A stretch of DNA of 64,000 nt from the human T2T-CHM13v2.0 reference genome, Homo sapiens. The position numbers were made by a program, and so were the translations under genes. The DNA is taken from NCBI RefSeq assembly GCF_009914755.1, contig NC_060926.1. One strand, 5' to 3'. The notes under the pieces are model-generated. The model saw only the letters and a list, made by a program, of their open reading frames with translations, ran no database searches and was not told the DNA's origin. Positions 1-14,111 of the stretch are shown here, piece after piece (position 1 is the first letter of the stretch; the number at the start of each line of letters is the position of its first letter).

Positions 1-229
1 AGGGAACAAAGAACCTTCAAGAAAAAGCACTACTCCAAATAAGAGCAGACTTTTAATGACGTGAGGACACAGGTTCAGGCGATCTCTATATCTAGGCTGT
101 AGCTGCATTCTGATTATAACAGTTTCGGCAAACCTTTCTTGAGTGTTCCCTCTGAGGGGAATCCACCCTGATCAAGCGCTTCCTACCTGGTCCCTGATGA
201 TTACAAGGACACACTACTTTACATTTGCC

Positions 230-360
230 ACAGTGCTCAAACCTCTGAACCACCCTCTGATGATGGTGTTATTATCCTATTTCATAGACAAGGAAAGGGA
301 AGCAGAGAGAAGTGCCAGTTCCTCAAGGTCACAAGGTTAGTAAGAAGCTGAGCCCTGGGC
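230..360 (-). mobile_element. MIR fragment
   Basis: ttattatcctatttcatagacaaggaaa...aaggtcacaaggttagtaag matches the reverse MIR core. Confidence 0.65.
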
Positions 361-626
361 CATTCTGTAGTACAGCTGCCACTTGGGAAACCCACCACTC
401 TGGCCTTTGTGACTCAGTCCTTCCTATTGTTTTCTCATTCTCTATCTTCAACTGTCCCTTACTTGGTTAGTGTCCCCTAGTCCTCTGTCCTCAGCCACAT
501 ACTCTCTGAGCACTGCATTTTCTCATCAAAACCCACAGCTTCAAACACCTTTTACTGTTCACTTCCAAATCTGTCTTCAAGCCTCATTATCCAATTGCCT
601 ACAGAAATCTAGGCATCCACCAGAAA

Positions 627-933
<307 letters not shown>

Positions 934-1379
934 TAACCCTCTTTTATCACCCGCCCCAACCCCATCAGTCACCAACCCTTGTCAGAACAGGACCAATGCC
1001 CTCAACATCTTCCTCTACGTCACAGGAGGGGACTACCTGTGTGCTATAAAAGGCCTCTCCCTCTTTCTACCCTGACAAAAAAACCTCTTCTTAGTACTGC
1101 CTTCTCCTCCTTGTATTCCATAATGTACTCCATGTGTCTTGTTTATCTTCTACTACAAACTCTTGGCTTAGAGAGGCTCTTGCCTCTCTGCCTGGATTTT
1201 AGGCTTAAGGTTAGTCCTTTTGTTGTGATGCCTTTGCCAAGGACATACCCTTTTGTTGTCCTTTGTTCTATCCATTGCCCATCCCATTCTCAGGCTCCAC
1301 AATGGTGCCCATTCCCCACTCAAGCCACACTCTGGGACTCTCACTCTCCTAAGAGGGACCCAAACAACCCTATCAAATC

Positions 1380-2100
1380 TACATCCTAAGTACCTCTCAA
1401 GGTCATCCCTACACTTCTTCCCTACTGCCACTGTGTTGCAACTCTATTTCTTGCTTAGCCTATTACAAGCATTTTCCAGCGAAGTCCTTCCCTTCCCTAT
1501 TCTGTCCACCTCTGACCCATTCTCTCCATAGTTGCTAGAGTTCAATTTAAAATGCACATCTGTTCATATTTCCCCATTTGAACTAGAGTTCAATTTAAAA
1601 TGCAAATCTGATCATATTTCCCCATTCGAAATTTTATCAATGCCTCCCCACCACCAGTGGCGTCAAATCTGAGTGGCTTAGCATATGACCCATGACTCTG
1701 TGGGATTTGGCATGGCCAACTGCTCCAAGCCCCTTGCCCATCACCCACCTCCCAGCCTGACTATTTGCATTGAGCCATACAGACTCACCAATATTTCCTA
1801 AGCATACCTGGCTCACTCATGTCTCTGCACCTCCATACAATGCTAGTTCCTTTGCCTGAAATACTCTTTCCCCCTCTTCTGGATGAACTTTGATTTGTCT
1901 TTGGAAACTAGCTCAAGGATAGGGTTTCTTCCTTCAATAAGCCTTCCTGGACTCCCCCAAGAGAGTCAATTGCTCTCTGCTCTGCTCTACCTTCCTCTGT
2001 ACCATGTACAGCCCATCCTGGATTGTGACTTATCTGTAGACTATGAGCTCCTTGAGGGCAAGGAATTGTGTCTTATTCATCTTTTTGTGAATGTTCTCTA
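1380..2100 (+). mobile_element. L2 3' fragment
   Basis: Ends with tagactatgagctccttgagggcaaggaattgtgtcttattcatc, the typical L2 3' end. Confidence 0.7.
1535..1630 (+). repeat. 48-bp tandem duplication (2 copies, 3 mismatches)
   Basis: ctagagttcaatttaaaatgca(c/a)atctg(t/a)tcatatttccccatt(t/c)gaa at 1535-1582 and 1583-1630. Confidence 0.9.
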
Positions 2101-2332
2101 GTTTTGGGAACAAAACAAGGCAGCCAACAAAAGCTACTGAAGGAATGGATATGACCCGCTCTGACTCAAGTTCCTCTTTCCTGGGCTCACACTCATTCTT
2201 ATGTTCAGACCTCAGTCCCAGCTCTTATTATATGGGGTTCAGTGATTACCTTGTCTCCCTCCCCAACAAGAAGAAAGATTCTTGAAAGCAGGTGACTCTC
2301 TCATTTGAGTGTATATACCCAGGTTCCTCTGA

Positions 2333-2696
<364 letters not shown>

Positions 2697-3064
2697 TGAA
2701 TAAGTATTTTTAAATTAATGAATAAATGGATTCCCCAAGTTCATGTTAACTAGATTTAGCTTCTCTCACCTGAAGAACCTTTCACCAGAGTGTCTTATAG
2801 GGAGATAAACCATAAAATTTCATCTCAATTTCTCAGGCTTCTCTCTCAATTGATGTCAAAATAGCACAATCAAAAAGGAGATGCAACAATGGCTAACCTC
2901 CCAAACCCTGAATATAGGACAGGAGCAGCTGGGGCTCACTGAATTTCTGATTGTTACCAGCAGTTATCATGAGGGTCAAAATATTACTGGACTAATTTCC
3001 CCCCAACCTGCCTCCCCAACCAAGCTCTGCATTTGCAATTTTACAGAGCAATCAGAGAAGAAAT

Positions 3065-3230
3065 AGATAGTAGAAAGAGCCCTGGAATTACAGCCAGAAG
3101 TTCTTGGTCCAATCCTCTGCTCCACCATTTTCTTAGCTGTGTGACTTGGAGCACAGTTGCTTTAAGCCTTTCCTCATCTGTTAAATATGCATCCTAATGC
3201 TTATCCTGCTTATCTTTTGGGGCTAATCGG
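3065..3230 (+). mobile_element. MIR fragment
   Basis: gctgtgtgacttggagc...ttcctcatctgttaaat is the MIR core. Confidence 0.65.
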
Positions 3231-6209
3231 TTTCTCTCTGTTCTTGCAGGGATGTCACAGTTTGTTCCATCCAAAGCAACGTATGTTTGGCTTTCACAGT
3301 GGCATGCATTAGTCTAGAAAGTTAGGACCCTAAGCTAAGAGATGCTTTGTCTGTCGAGGCAGCTTGTGTCAGTAATTGTACAACCCTCTGGTATAACCAA
3401 GTCTAAAGACATCATCCTCAACTCTGGAACTGTGCTGTATCAAATAGGGAGCTCAGACTTTCCTGGCAGTCATTTCAGGCAAAATCCTTTGGTAAGCACT
3501 GAGCCATTCTCCGAGAGTCACTGCTCTGGAGTCTTCTCATTGACTGCTAAGAGCCAGTTGGATGGATACAGCTGTGGATGGGGTTGAAGCAGCTCCATGG
3601 GCAGCAAGCAGGCAGTGTCCTGCACAGCATCCTCCTGGGTTCCTGGCAGGGCGTATCTGCAGAGCTGCAGTTGGCTTTCGTGAAGCTTCTCCTTGGAGTC
3701 CCTCCTACTTTCATGAGCTGTCCCTCAGCACACCGCTCCAAAAGGAAAGGTAAATACATTGTTAACGATTTGTTAAAACCATCCATTTTATGTTTACTCG
3801 TATTCTTTACTATCTGTGGCCATTTAACAGTCTTAGGGAATAAACAAATTGTCCTTGGTATCTGAAATATAAAGAAAGTCTAGAGACTCATCGCAGCAGA
3901 TGGTTTTGTTCCTCTTCTCTTACTCGGCTTTTTGAGCCAACACAGGGCTAGACTCATTTTCTTTTCTCCTGATGATAACATTTTTATCTCAGGTGCTGAA
4001 TTGCTCCACCCATCCGAGGAGCTTGGGCTTATGGATATTGATGCTTTTTTGTCAATGTTTTCCTCAACCAGCATTTCTTGAGAAGATGCCCCTCTGCTGA
4101 AATCCCTTCCACCCACTCTCTGCCAGGGAGCCTTCTCTTCCTCTTCCCATTCACATTCTCTTCTTCCACTCTCTCAGGACTTCTGGAAGGGAAGCTTCCC
4201 CCTTTTTCATGGAAGCAAACTAACCTATCAGGTTTTGAAACTGTAGAATGCCTCAGATGTAAGATAGATGCCTCCCGTGGCTCCTGCCTTTGTTTCCGCC
4301 TTCGTGCAGCAAGAAGACCACGCTGAGCCTCCTTCTGGCAGTCCCAGCCAGGTCTCTGTTCCCTGTTCTAGCTTCTCTGTCTCTCATTGGTTCAGTAAAT
4401 CTGGTTTGGGTGGCCAGAGGTCCAGGTTCATGGGTGGAGGCAGGAGGTGGTGGGAGAGGGGTGATGGGGACATTTTCTCCTTCTCTCAAAGCAAACTGCA
4501 CCCTGGGTTGGCATTCTGGAAATTTGATGAAGTTGGAGTGTCGGTTGTGTTACAGCATCACTTGAGTTGGGGGCAACCCCTGGTTAATGGGTGCTTTATT
4601 GGGGATGCCTGCTGGGAGCCTGTGGCTTTGGGCTTCCCCGAGCACAGTGACCTGAACTGAGTATGACTTCTGCGGGAACCCTGGAAATGATGCTCAGGTG
4701 GACCCTATACCCATGGTTGTGGGTCTCATCTTCTTGCTCCTGAGGTACTGTTTGGGAGCCAAGAGAATAGCTAGGGACTAGGATGTGGAGTGCAGTGAGG
4801 ACTCCCTGCAGAGGTAAGCCCGACTTGCCATCCCAGAGGCTGTGGTTCCTGTCCTACATTGCCCTGAGTGAATCTAATGCCAAATGTGCTCTCTGGAAGT
4901 CCCCATGAGTCAGAATGTCTAGTTGAGCCTAAAAATAAAGATATCCCTGGCAGGCATTGCAGGCTCTACCCGATTCTCCCTCCAGAGAGCCCTTAAAAAG
5001 CAGATATTTTTGCACCAAATTGTGCAGTGTGATGCGTTTTCCCTCTACTGGACAGAATACTGCACAGAAGGAGAAGTTGAATTTCACCCTCAAACCACTG
5101 TCATCACTACTGGTTATCATCATTTTACCATCAGTAAAATCCCCATCATTGCAACCCCAAGAACCTGTTTGTGGATTCCCACCATTGCCTTGCACCTCCC
5201 ACTCTCTTGCAAGATCACATATTACTCCTTTTTATTTCTTCTCCTAGCATTTTCCCCTGTGGACAGCCTTTCCTATGAAAACCCTGAACTGAGACTTCTA
5301 CTCTGCTGTGGGAGTCAGCCTAAGACAAATGCCTCTGTTTCAGAATTTCACAATCTGAAAAACGGGAAGACGAATCCTTGCCCCCGCAGTCATGCTCTGA
5401 AATGGTATAGGTTCTTATTATAATCAATACAATGATAGAGCTGTCTGAACTCCTTAAAGGTGAGATGGTCTAAATGTCAATAGATCTCACCACTTTTGGA
5501 TGACACTGAAAGCAAGTAGGGTCCCTCTGCATTCCCTCTCCCATCCCATAGCTGTCTCCAAGCAGTCACTGGCTTGTCAGCACAGAATGGATAAATTATG
5601 GTGTGCTTTTGCATCTTGGGCTATTATGTTTTCCGAAGAAAGGGAAACAATGAAAACTCTCAATATTCAGCCCACTCTGCTTCTCCCAATAAATTGAAGG
5701 ACTGAGTGCCACATGTGTATAAGAAAAAGAATTAGAGAGATAGAAGTGTGCCAGGGAAAAGGCAGGCAGCTAGAAAAAAGCCAAGAAACAGGAGGAGGAG
5801 GAGAGATGGCACAGAGCCCTACTCAGAGAGAAACACCATGAGAAGAAGAGACCAGAGCACCAGGCCAGGCTGAGCGGGAGTGCTGGGAGGCTCAGAGCCA
5901 TGGGGAACAGACCTATGCATGACAGCCCCCTTGTGAGTGGGCCCAGGTGCACTCAAAGTCACAGGTGGCATCTGTAGGTTTTCCATAGGTCACACCATGG
6001 GACTCCTGCTATCTGGTGCAAGACAGCTAATGGAATGAGCACTGGGTTGTGAGTCAGGAGACCTCACTTTTAATCCCAGATAAGAACCTTGAGCAGATTA
6101 TTTCCTCTCTCTGAGCCTCAGTTCTCTCAGCTGCAAAGCAAGCAAGCCAGACTGGTCGATGACATGGTGGTCTCTTCTATATTCAATTCGGTCTTCAAAT
6201 CTGTAGAGC

Positions 6210-6662
6210 CATTGGTGGTAGCAGGCATTTATGCTCCTCTCTTTTGTCCGTGCTCCCTCCAGGGAAGGAACTTATTTCCCTGCTCTGTTACCCTATTGAT
6301 GTTGAGCTTACTGACTACTTGTGTTAGCCAATAGGCTGTGGGCAGAAGGGAGAGTGCACTAGTTCTGAGCAGGCGTTTTGAGATGCATTGCAAGTTTCCA
6401 CCAAGCCCCCTTGTGCTCCTGCATTCATCTAGGAAAATAGCACACCCAGTAGTCCCTGCTCCGTTAGCCTGGGTCCCAGCATGAGGAGACACTCAGAGCA
6501 GGCCTGAACCCAATGCACAACCAGAAGTTAAGCCCAGCCAACCTCAGCAGAACCAAAGCCATCTCCCAAACCCCTGAATGGGAAATCAATGTTTGTTGTA
6601 AGGCACTGCGATCTGTGGAATTGTTTGTTACTGTAGCCAATGCTGACTAGCTGACTAATACA
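6210..6662 (+). mobile_element. MLT1-family (MaLR) solo LTR
   Basis: 3' end aatcaatgtttgttgtaaggcactgcgatctgtggaattgtttgttactgtag...gactaataca is characteristic of MLT1. Confidence 0.7.
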
Positions 6663-8210
6663 TCATGTGACAGGAAAGCATGTCTTATAGGACACATCAG
6701 AGACTGATCTAAAGCCTGTCTGAAGGAGAATGAAGGGCAGCTAGAGGGGCCCCTCCACTGTTTCCCCCTTCCATGCCAGAGCTGCTGTAAACCTCCATAT
6801 GGAGACACACCTGGCTTTTGGCATCAATAATCCAGGGCTCAGCAGGAGTAGGAAGGGAGTTTGGTGGGAGGGGGAAAGAAATTAGAATGCATCAATGTCA
6901 AATTGTTCCCTGTTCATAGTCCTCCAAACCTGGGCTATCTGCTTCTCTCACTGACTAGGTGCTATAATTAAAAGACTCTTGAACTTGGAGTTGAAATATT
7001 GGTTTAGCTAATGTGGAGAGACAGCAAGATGGCTTAGAGAAGTTTACAAGTTCCAGCATCCCTGGTCTCTGGCTGCTGCAACCAGTATGTAAGTCTCCAG
7101 GCTTTTCTGATCCCTAATATTAAAGAACTCCAAAGAAATTCACACAAACGTCATCCCAGCCAAATTCTAGCTAATAGATATTTTTCTGCCAAACAGAGAA
7201 GTGTAGCTTATTTAATACTATATACATACTAACAACACCGGGAGAGGATAACTGTGGAACTCTAATGCTCCCAGGACTGTGACTTAGGGGATAACCTGAG
7301 AGTTCTAGGGTGGGATGTCTGACCAGCGCTTCCCCACCTCCTTAGCTGCTTGGACCATATCTTCAGAGTCAACAGCCACAATCATCTGTTGGGGGAGGGA
7401 GGGGAAAGACCCAGCCCTCAACCACCCAAACTACATGGTGGAAGAAAGGAAGAATATAAACTTGGGGATGGGGTCAGAGAAGGAGCAGGATCTATAGCAG
7501 TAGGTTCCAATTTTTTTTTTCTAAAACACTGAAACCTTTTAAACGAAACCTTATCTGGAACAGAAACACATGTAAATAGATAAAAGAACAGAAGCCATGA
7601 TGAAACAGGAGTGAGGATTTGAAGCCTCTCTGTGCGGCATTCCTTTTCCATTCCCTGGTGGGATGGGAGAGCCTGGAGCTGTGTGTGAGGCCCCAGTACT
7701 ACACAAAGCTGGAAAACCACTGGACTAGAGAAACTCAGAGCATTGAAACAGGCTTAGAGAAAGCTGGAATAAGGCAGGGAGTGGGGGCAGATTCAACCAT
7801 GGCTGTCTCTAGGTAGTTTGCTGTGAAGAGAATGGAATGAAATGGGCAGGCATCCCTTGTCATGCTTGGCAGTATAGGGTGCACAGTGGAGAGGAGGCCA
7901 TGCACATCCTGCTTGAAGTACATAGACTAACAATTTTTCCCAAATCCTCCTAGAGGCAGGCCTCATCTTTATCTTCAACTGTGCAAGACAGGTTTGTTTG
8001 GGAAAGATCTAGATCTTCCTTCTTTTCCCTGCCTCCTCCCCCTTCCCATCCACCCCTTGAATCCAAGCCTCTGGCCTCTCCTGAGCTCCCAGTTCTCAAG
8101 CCTGGGGCCATATCTGCTTCAGCCTCCCACAGTGGGGGATCCTGAGGGATCTGTCCATCCCACGAGCACATGGTTCCCCACTTCCCATGGAGACAAACCC
8201 CCAGACCCAC

Positions 8211-8403
8211 CTATGCACACCACGTCCATGAAGCCATACATCCCGTAGCAGATCTGGAAGAGAAGGTCTTGGCGCTGCCATCTTGCCGAGGGGCTGAAAG
8301 TTGACCAGATGAGCCAAGAAATACTGGCGATGAGGAAGAGGGAGCCCAGGATGGCGGCTGCAACCTGAACCTTCTCAATGACCGTCAGAGAGATGGCCTG
8401 CCA
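8211..8403 (-). CDS. MARCHF4: MARCHF4 internal coding exon (probably exon 3), transmembrane region
   Basis: Minus strand translates [64 protein letters not shown](G), typical of MARCH4/9/11. Acceptor ctctcccctgcag|TGG, donor ATAG|gtgggt; 193 nt, in frame with the upstream exon. Confidence 0.96.
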
Positions 8404-8710
8404 CTGCAGGGGAGAGAGTGGCCAGTTAGCAGTTGCTTGGATGCCCTTATCCCATTCCCACCCCTCTTCTGTCTGCTGCTCCAACAGCTCACCTCTGATT
8501 TAGGATTTAAGCCAGGGCTTTCCAACCTGTGGTACAATGAGCATTTTGCAGGTTTCTGAATTTCACATTGAACTTTTGATGCAGAGGAAATCTCTGTCAC
8601 ACCAAATGATCACAGTTCATTGTAAGGAGGGGGCTCTAGGTGGGCATGGCTGGAAAGGAAGACCCTTAGACTTGATAATGATATACACAGAGAAATGGAG
8701 GGAACAATGA

Positions 8711-9067
<357 letters not shown>

Positions 9068-9464
9068 TGCCCCCAGATCATTCTTTTCAGAGAAACACAG
9101 TCTATTTTCTCACTAACAGGTGCTGAGAGTGCACAGGCTTTTTTGTTTTTGATTTTTTTTTCTTGCTTTCTACAACATCACCTTGCATGCCTCTTAATTT
9201 ATATGCTAGAGATTACCAGTTCACTAGACGAGAGAATGAGATGTGGGGAGAGAGAAGAAAGGCAGCTTATAATTTACTGAATGCATATCAACACTATTAT
9301 TTCATTTTTTAACAGAAAAAGCCCTGTGCTTATACCAGTATTGACAGATGGGTTAAAGGCTAGGGTGTGGGTGAGTTTCAACTCTGAAAGTCTATGATTC
9401 TATGGCTGATCCGGGCAGTACAGGTCTGAAGGAGCCAGGAGTTAGATTTTTAACTTGGGGTTTA

Positions 9465-10020
9465 TTCATGCACTTACTCAAGGAATATATATTGAGTATT
9501 TTCTATGTGCTGGCCACTATGCTAGGTGTTGGCAATGAAGCCCTAGGCGAAAACAGACAAGGTGCCTGCCCCTGTGGAGCTTATAGTCTAGGGAACTTAG
9601 ACAACAATATAATTATTCGAACCTGCAATTTATCAAGGGTAAATCAGGGAGGAACATGGCACAGTGAGAGCCGGTGATAGGGGGATTCGACTTCCCAGAG
9701 GAAGCAATACTTGAGCTGACTAAGCGGTTACTAGGCAAAGAAAGGAGGGAAGACTGCTCCCGGCAGAGGGAAGAGCATGTAGAAAGGCCTGTGCCAGAAG
9801 AAAGCATGGGAAGGATAAAAGCCTGGGAGAAGATACAAGTGGGTGGAGTGGAGACAGCAAAAGAGCTTGTGGGGTGAGACAACTGGAAAAGGAAGAATGA
9901 GAGATCACACAGAACCTTGTAGAATATGCAGAGACTTTGTGCTTTGTCCTAAGTGTAGATGTGATGATATGAATGGTTTTAAGCAGAGGACTGACAGGAT
10001 CAAATTTGGGAAGGTAGGGG
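9465..10020 (-). mobile_element. L2 fragment
   Basis: ttcatgcacttactcaaggaatatatattgagtattttctatgtgctggcc... is a reverse L2 3' end. Confidence 0.7.
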
Positions 10021-11189
10021 GAGGACATCTTTTGACTGGACAGATTTGCATAGCACTCTGCAAAGAACACCCCCAGAAAGCATTTCACTGAACTCTGAGG
10101 AAAGGCAGACTACTTTCCCTCTGCCAACAGGGAGACCCGGATGGAAGCATTTGATTCATTCTGGCTGCAGCTGGGATTGGCCTGGCCAGTGGCCTCCAGG
10201 GAATTTTAACTGTTGGGAAACATTTCACTTGCTGGTCCAGACATAGGACATCAGCGTCTACATTTAATTAAACAGATAGCCTCCATTACAGGTAATTGGG
10301 CCTTTACATTTTCCACTGTTTCCCCCCGCCTAGGGTTACACATAATGAAAGGATTTTCCAGAAGATGACTTCATCATACAGACTTCTTTCATGCACAACA
10401 AATGCTTTTTCCAGGGCCTGCCCTCCTGCCTGGAAAGAGGGCTTCTGGCTGAGTTTTTGTTTCTACCATTGAGGCATCCATCATCCTCACTTTCTCCTGC
10501 TCCTCTAGACTTCAAAAATGCCAAATATAGAGGCCCAGAAAGCTTCTCTTCATCCCTAAAACCCCTTCTACCACCTCTGAAGCCAGCTGTGGAACCTAAA
10601 TGGGGCTCCTGACTGCAGTGTGAAGCGTGACGAAGGAGCAGGGTGGGGTTCTATGGACAAGGCACTCTCCTCCTGTCTGTCCCATATGAGGCTCCACAGA
10701 GATGAGGGAGAAAGCAGAGAGTGAGCGAGCTCTGAAAACTCACAGGAGGGCTGGGAGGGGGAGATGGACACCCAGGGTACCAGGCTGCCACCAGATCCCC
10801 ACTCTGATCTCAGTATCATGAGGTTTCTCCATACCCTGAACTCCCATCCTGCAGCACCAATGAATGGAGAGACAAGCGGAAGAGCACAGAGACTGAATGC
10901 TGTGTGCCTTAGAACAGGAAGGGGCACCAACTGAGGGATCAGATGACCCGATCCTGATTGGGTTCCGCTCCTACGCACTGAGTGTGACCTAGGAGAAGTC
11001 AATCAATCATGAGGACCCTCAACTTTCCTTTCTGTAAAATAGAAATAATTGGTCTTTCCTGCTTCCTAGAGTGTTATGTTAAATGAAATCACTCTTAAAC
11101 CAGTGCTTTGAAGGGCATTCTTAATGATGTTTCAGCAAAAATACAGATCAGCCTGTCAAGGAGGGGATATTCCCAAACGTGCCTGTGCA

Positions 11190-11425
11190 GAAGTTAAGAC
11201 CTGGACCCAGGAGTCAGACCCCCACATCTACGCCACCACTCGGTAGCTGTGTCACCCTGGGCATGTTGGTGAACCCTTCTGTGCCTCCATTGTCTCATCT
11301 GTAGTTTAGGAAAAATAATAGTGCCCACTTCACTGGGTTGTTTCCAGGACTAAATTATACAATATATGTGAATATTTAGAACACTGACTGGCCCCTAATA
11401 AGCACTAACTAAATGTTCATTAATA
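11190..11425 (+). mobile_element. MIR
   Basis: tagctgtgtcaccctgggcatg...tctcatctgtag...taagcactaactaaatgtt. Confidence 0.7.
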
Positions 11426-11602
11426 ATTGCAATTCACATGTAACAAAGAGACAGTAGGAAGCAGCCATGAAACCTTTAGACTCTCAGGGCCATGCTGTGC
11501 CTCCTTTCTCAGTGGTTCTTCTGGCTGGAAATATTGCTTCTGGAGGGTCGCTGAGATGATGCCCCATGTGACACAGGAAACAGTGTATTATTTCTCACAA
11601 CT

Positions 11603-11901
11603 TTTTTTTTTTTTTTTTTTTGAGACAGGATCTCGCTCTGCCACCCAGGCTGGAGTGGTGCACTGGCATAATCATAGCTCACTACAACCTAGACCTCTTG
11701 TGCTCAAATAATCCTCCCACCTCAGCCTCCCGAGTAGCTGGGACTACAGTCATGGGCTACTACTCCCAGCTAATTTCTTTTGTAGAGACAGGGTCTCATT
11801 ATGTTGCCCAGGCTGGTGTTGAACTCCTGGCCTCAAGTGATCCTCCAGCCTCAGCCTCCCATCAGTGCTGGGATCACAAATGTGAGCCACCATGCCTGGC
11901 C
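11603..11901 (-). mobile_element. AluJ-like SINE
   Basis: Poly(T) plus reverse Alu dimer; flanking tatttctca repeat. Confidence 0.92.
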
Positions 11902-12825
11902 TATTTCTCATGACTCTGTCTGGGGCATGAACCAGGAGGTAAGAGAACCAGGAGACCTGGAAGGAGCTTCCCCTCTCTGATAGCAGAGGCAGGCCTGGGA
12001 TTCCCATCCATTGCTCCGCCCACTTGTGGTGGGGCCTGCCAGCTCCATCCTACACTGCAAATGATCCAGCTGGGCTGGGGCATAGTAGCCCAGAAGTTGC
12101 CCACTGTACTGAGCAGGCAGCTGTCTCACATGTTGCTGGGCCTGAGGAGCACAGGACATACAATTGGGACAATTTGGACCACAACCACACAAAATTGCTT
12201 CTAATCCAAACTACTTCCTTCTTCCAGTGCTATCCAGAAGTGAGATGGCATTTACTGAGCACACACAATTGCATTTCCAGGAGCAACAGAATCAGAGGGA
12301 GCCCCCAGCAGTGAGTGTCAAGAAACTCACAGTGGAAGACAGGGTAGGGACTCAGGAATATATCCATATGGATCCTTATAGATCCATATTGCTAACACTG
12401 CCACTTGCTTACCTGACTTGGGAGATTAGAATAACCTTTTCATTTTTTACCCCCAGGAAAAAGTTATCCCTAAATGCATTTTCACTTTATGAGCCAAGGG
12501 TGGAGCCAAGGAAGGGTGCTTTGGGGTGGGCTCATGAGTTTGGAATCTGATCCTTTCTTGAGGCTTGAGCTGGCTGAAAAGGAAGGGGAGGGTTAATGCA
12601 TTCAGACCCCTGCTGGAACCCAGAGGACGTGGAGTCAGCTGTCTCGTGACACTGCTATTTTAAGACACTTTGAGATTTTGAAATGAATTGAAGATGGAAC
12701 CAGCAGCAGGGAAAGGCACCTCTTTATGACCCCTTGGTATACTACTAAGAGGGCTAAGGTGCCTGGGGCTTTTAGTGCCACCTTCCAGAAATGCCCTGCA
12801 ACCCCAGCACACTTGTCTGTGTGCA

Positions 12826-12849
12826 ACACACACACACATACACACACAC
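12826..12849 (+). repeat. (CA)n microsatellite
   Basis: acacacacacacatacacacacac. Confidence 0.85.
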
Positions 12850-13359
12850 TCATTCCTGGGATTGCCCCATGTAAAACTCTATGGGGTGTAAAATAAAACA
12901 CCCTGGACACCATAGCTGTGGGTGCTTCCAGCTGCTCCTCCATGCAAAGACCCCACCGCCACCATCCCTCCCAACCCCCATTACCCCTCCTGGGCTTTCA
13001 GGACTCCCCCCTCCACCACCACCCCAGAGAGGAGGAGTGAGACTGTGCCAGGAGCTGAAGTCCCCATCCTCACTCTCGTGCTCACTAATTGATTATGTGG
13101 CAGCTTAATTTGTTGATCATGGATATGTGGAGGTATTTTCAGAAGCAAAATGCTCTTTGTATGTGTGTGCTCCTCAAAGGAGAGCTGCTTGATTTGGGGC
13201 ATTTGTGAGGGTGGCACAGGCCTGCCAGCTCCCCTGGGGACAATGGATGTGTCAGGGCAGGGATAGAGTGGTGGGAGCAGGCAGAGGATCCCTAAGTTCT
13301 GTCTGAATCTGTGTGGCAGGCCCTCATTCCACCCTGGCCCTGCCTGCCTTTCCACAGTA

Positions 13360-14030
13360 GCTTTTTAATATTCTCTCCCCTTCTTCTATTTCTTATTGCT
13401 CTTATTCCCATTTTTCTCTGCCTCCCTCTCCTGTTTCTTCTGTTTTTCCCTCTGTCCCTTGCCATTGGAAGTGTGGTCTCTGAACCAGAAGCATCAACAG
13501 ATGCTCCAGACCTACCGAATACAACATCCCTGCTCCAGACCTATAGAATAGCCTGCATTTTGAGAAGACTGCAGATCAATTACATGCACATTGATGTATG
13601 AGAAGTGCCATTGAGTCTATTCTTCTTATTTCTTCTTTACCAGCCCATAGCTTGATCTCAGTCCTTCTCCTCACCCCTCCCATCTTCTGTCTTTTTGTTT
13701 CCTGTTCTCTTCTGCCCTCTGGCCTTTCTCTCTTTTTCTTCTTCTTCCCTGCCTCCTTCGTTTCTTCCTTTCCTTTCCTTCTTTCTTCCTCTCCTTTCTG
13801 CATTCATTTATTCATCCTTTCACTTACTTATTCTCCCTTTTCCCTCTGATTCTCCACACTTCTTTCCTTCTGTATCTATTTCCCTCTCTTTGCCCCATCT
13901 CTTCCTCTTCTTCTTGCTGAAGCTTAAGAGAAAACACAAATGTCCTTTCATCCCCTCCTGCCCCACGCCGCCCACCGTGCTTGCCCACCCAGCCCATCTT
14001 CTTCCTTTTCCTCAAACTGCCCTGAATCTA
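13360..14030. repeat. Pyrimidine-rich (CT) low-complexity tract
   Basis: Long runs of ct/ttc/ttcc on the plus strand (GA-rich in the pre-mRNA). Confidence 0.7.
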
Positions 14031-14111
14031 AGGTGAAGTAAGCCTCCTGCTAAAGCAGGTGGTGTGGAAGCCCCAGGCCCAGCAACCCCACCAGGCAGCC
14101 CTGGGTTGTAC

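Noticed and set aside
3985-4002. REST/RE1-like ttcagcacc on the minus strand
   Set aside because: Only the left half-site is present; the GGACAG half is missing.
4923-5423. 166-aa plus-strand ORF
   Set aside because: It begins at TTG and has no recognisable domain, splice support or pseudogene hallmarks.
8119-8484. 121-aa minus-strand ORF as a standalone gene
   Set aside because: Its core is the MARCHF4 TM exon; the flanking residues are intronic read-through beyond clear splice sites.
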